Shown here: piece by piece, positions 63,877 through 64,000 of the stretch
Numbering within the stretch: position 1 is the first letter of the stretch
Layout: each line of letters opens with the position of its first letter
DNA from: Octopus sinensis
Taxonomy: Eukaryota
Assembly (NCBI RefSeq): GCF_006345805.1
Contig: NC_043003.1
Coordinates: forward strand, 12,090,001 to 12,154,000
Length of the DNA stretch: 64,000 nt
Reading direction: 5' to 3'
Program-made: the position numbers and the translations under genes
Notes under the pieces: generated by a model
Seen by the model: the letters and a program-made list of their open reading frames with translations, nothing else
Database searches by the model: none
What the model was told of the DNA's origin: nothing

Positions 63877-64000
63877 CACTCACACACCTATAAGTTGATG
63901 CATTATAAAACATGATATATACTTCCATACACAAATGAAGGCTGTGACAGACCAATATGTATTGACATAAACATTTAAATTCATCCATGGATAATGTTAA

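Overview
Repeat-dense, AT-rich animal genomic DNA. The tRNA-derived SINE families, (GAT)n-tailed RTE LINE ends and Helitron/MITE types resemble those of Octopus (cephalopod origin is inferred). I cannot support any complete protein-coding gene; nearly all ORFs in the supplied track are microsatellite or repeat artefacts. The window holds dozens of SINEs, remnants of RTE, R4/Dong, CR1-group and Penelope-like (PLE) retroelements, non-autonomous Helitrons, MITEs with readable target-site duplications (TSDs), minisatellites and a 1.31-kb tandem duplication. A few splice-site-bounded candidate exons suggest a long-intron gene on the + strand starting near 26.6 kb. The most notable observations are: (1) a 360-bp PLE pLTR/retrozyme-like module at 5.4-6.2 kb carrying a minimal type I hammerhead ribozyme with a covaried U3:A8 core, present once on each strand; (2) several more hammerhead-like motifs from other PLE families at different stages of decay; (3) head-to-tail SINE multimers with recurrent junctions, one flanked by a single 16-bp TSD; (4) long near-perfect hairpins that are plausible dsRNA/ADAR substrates.
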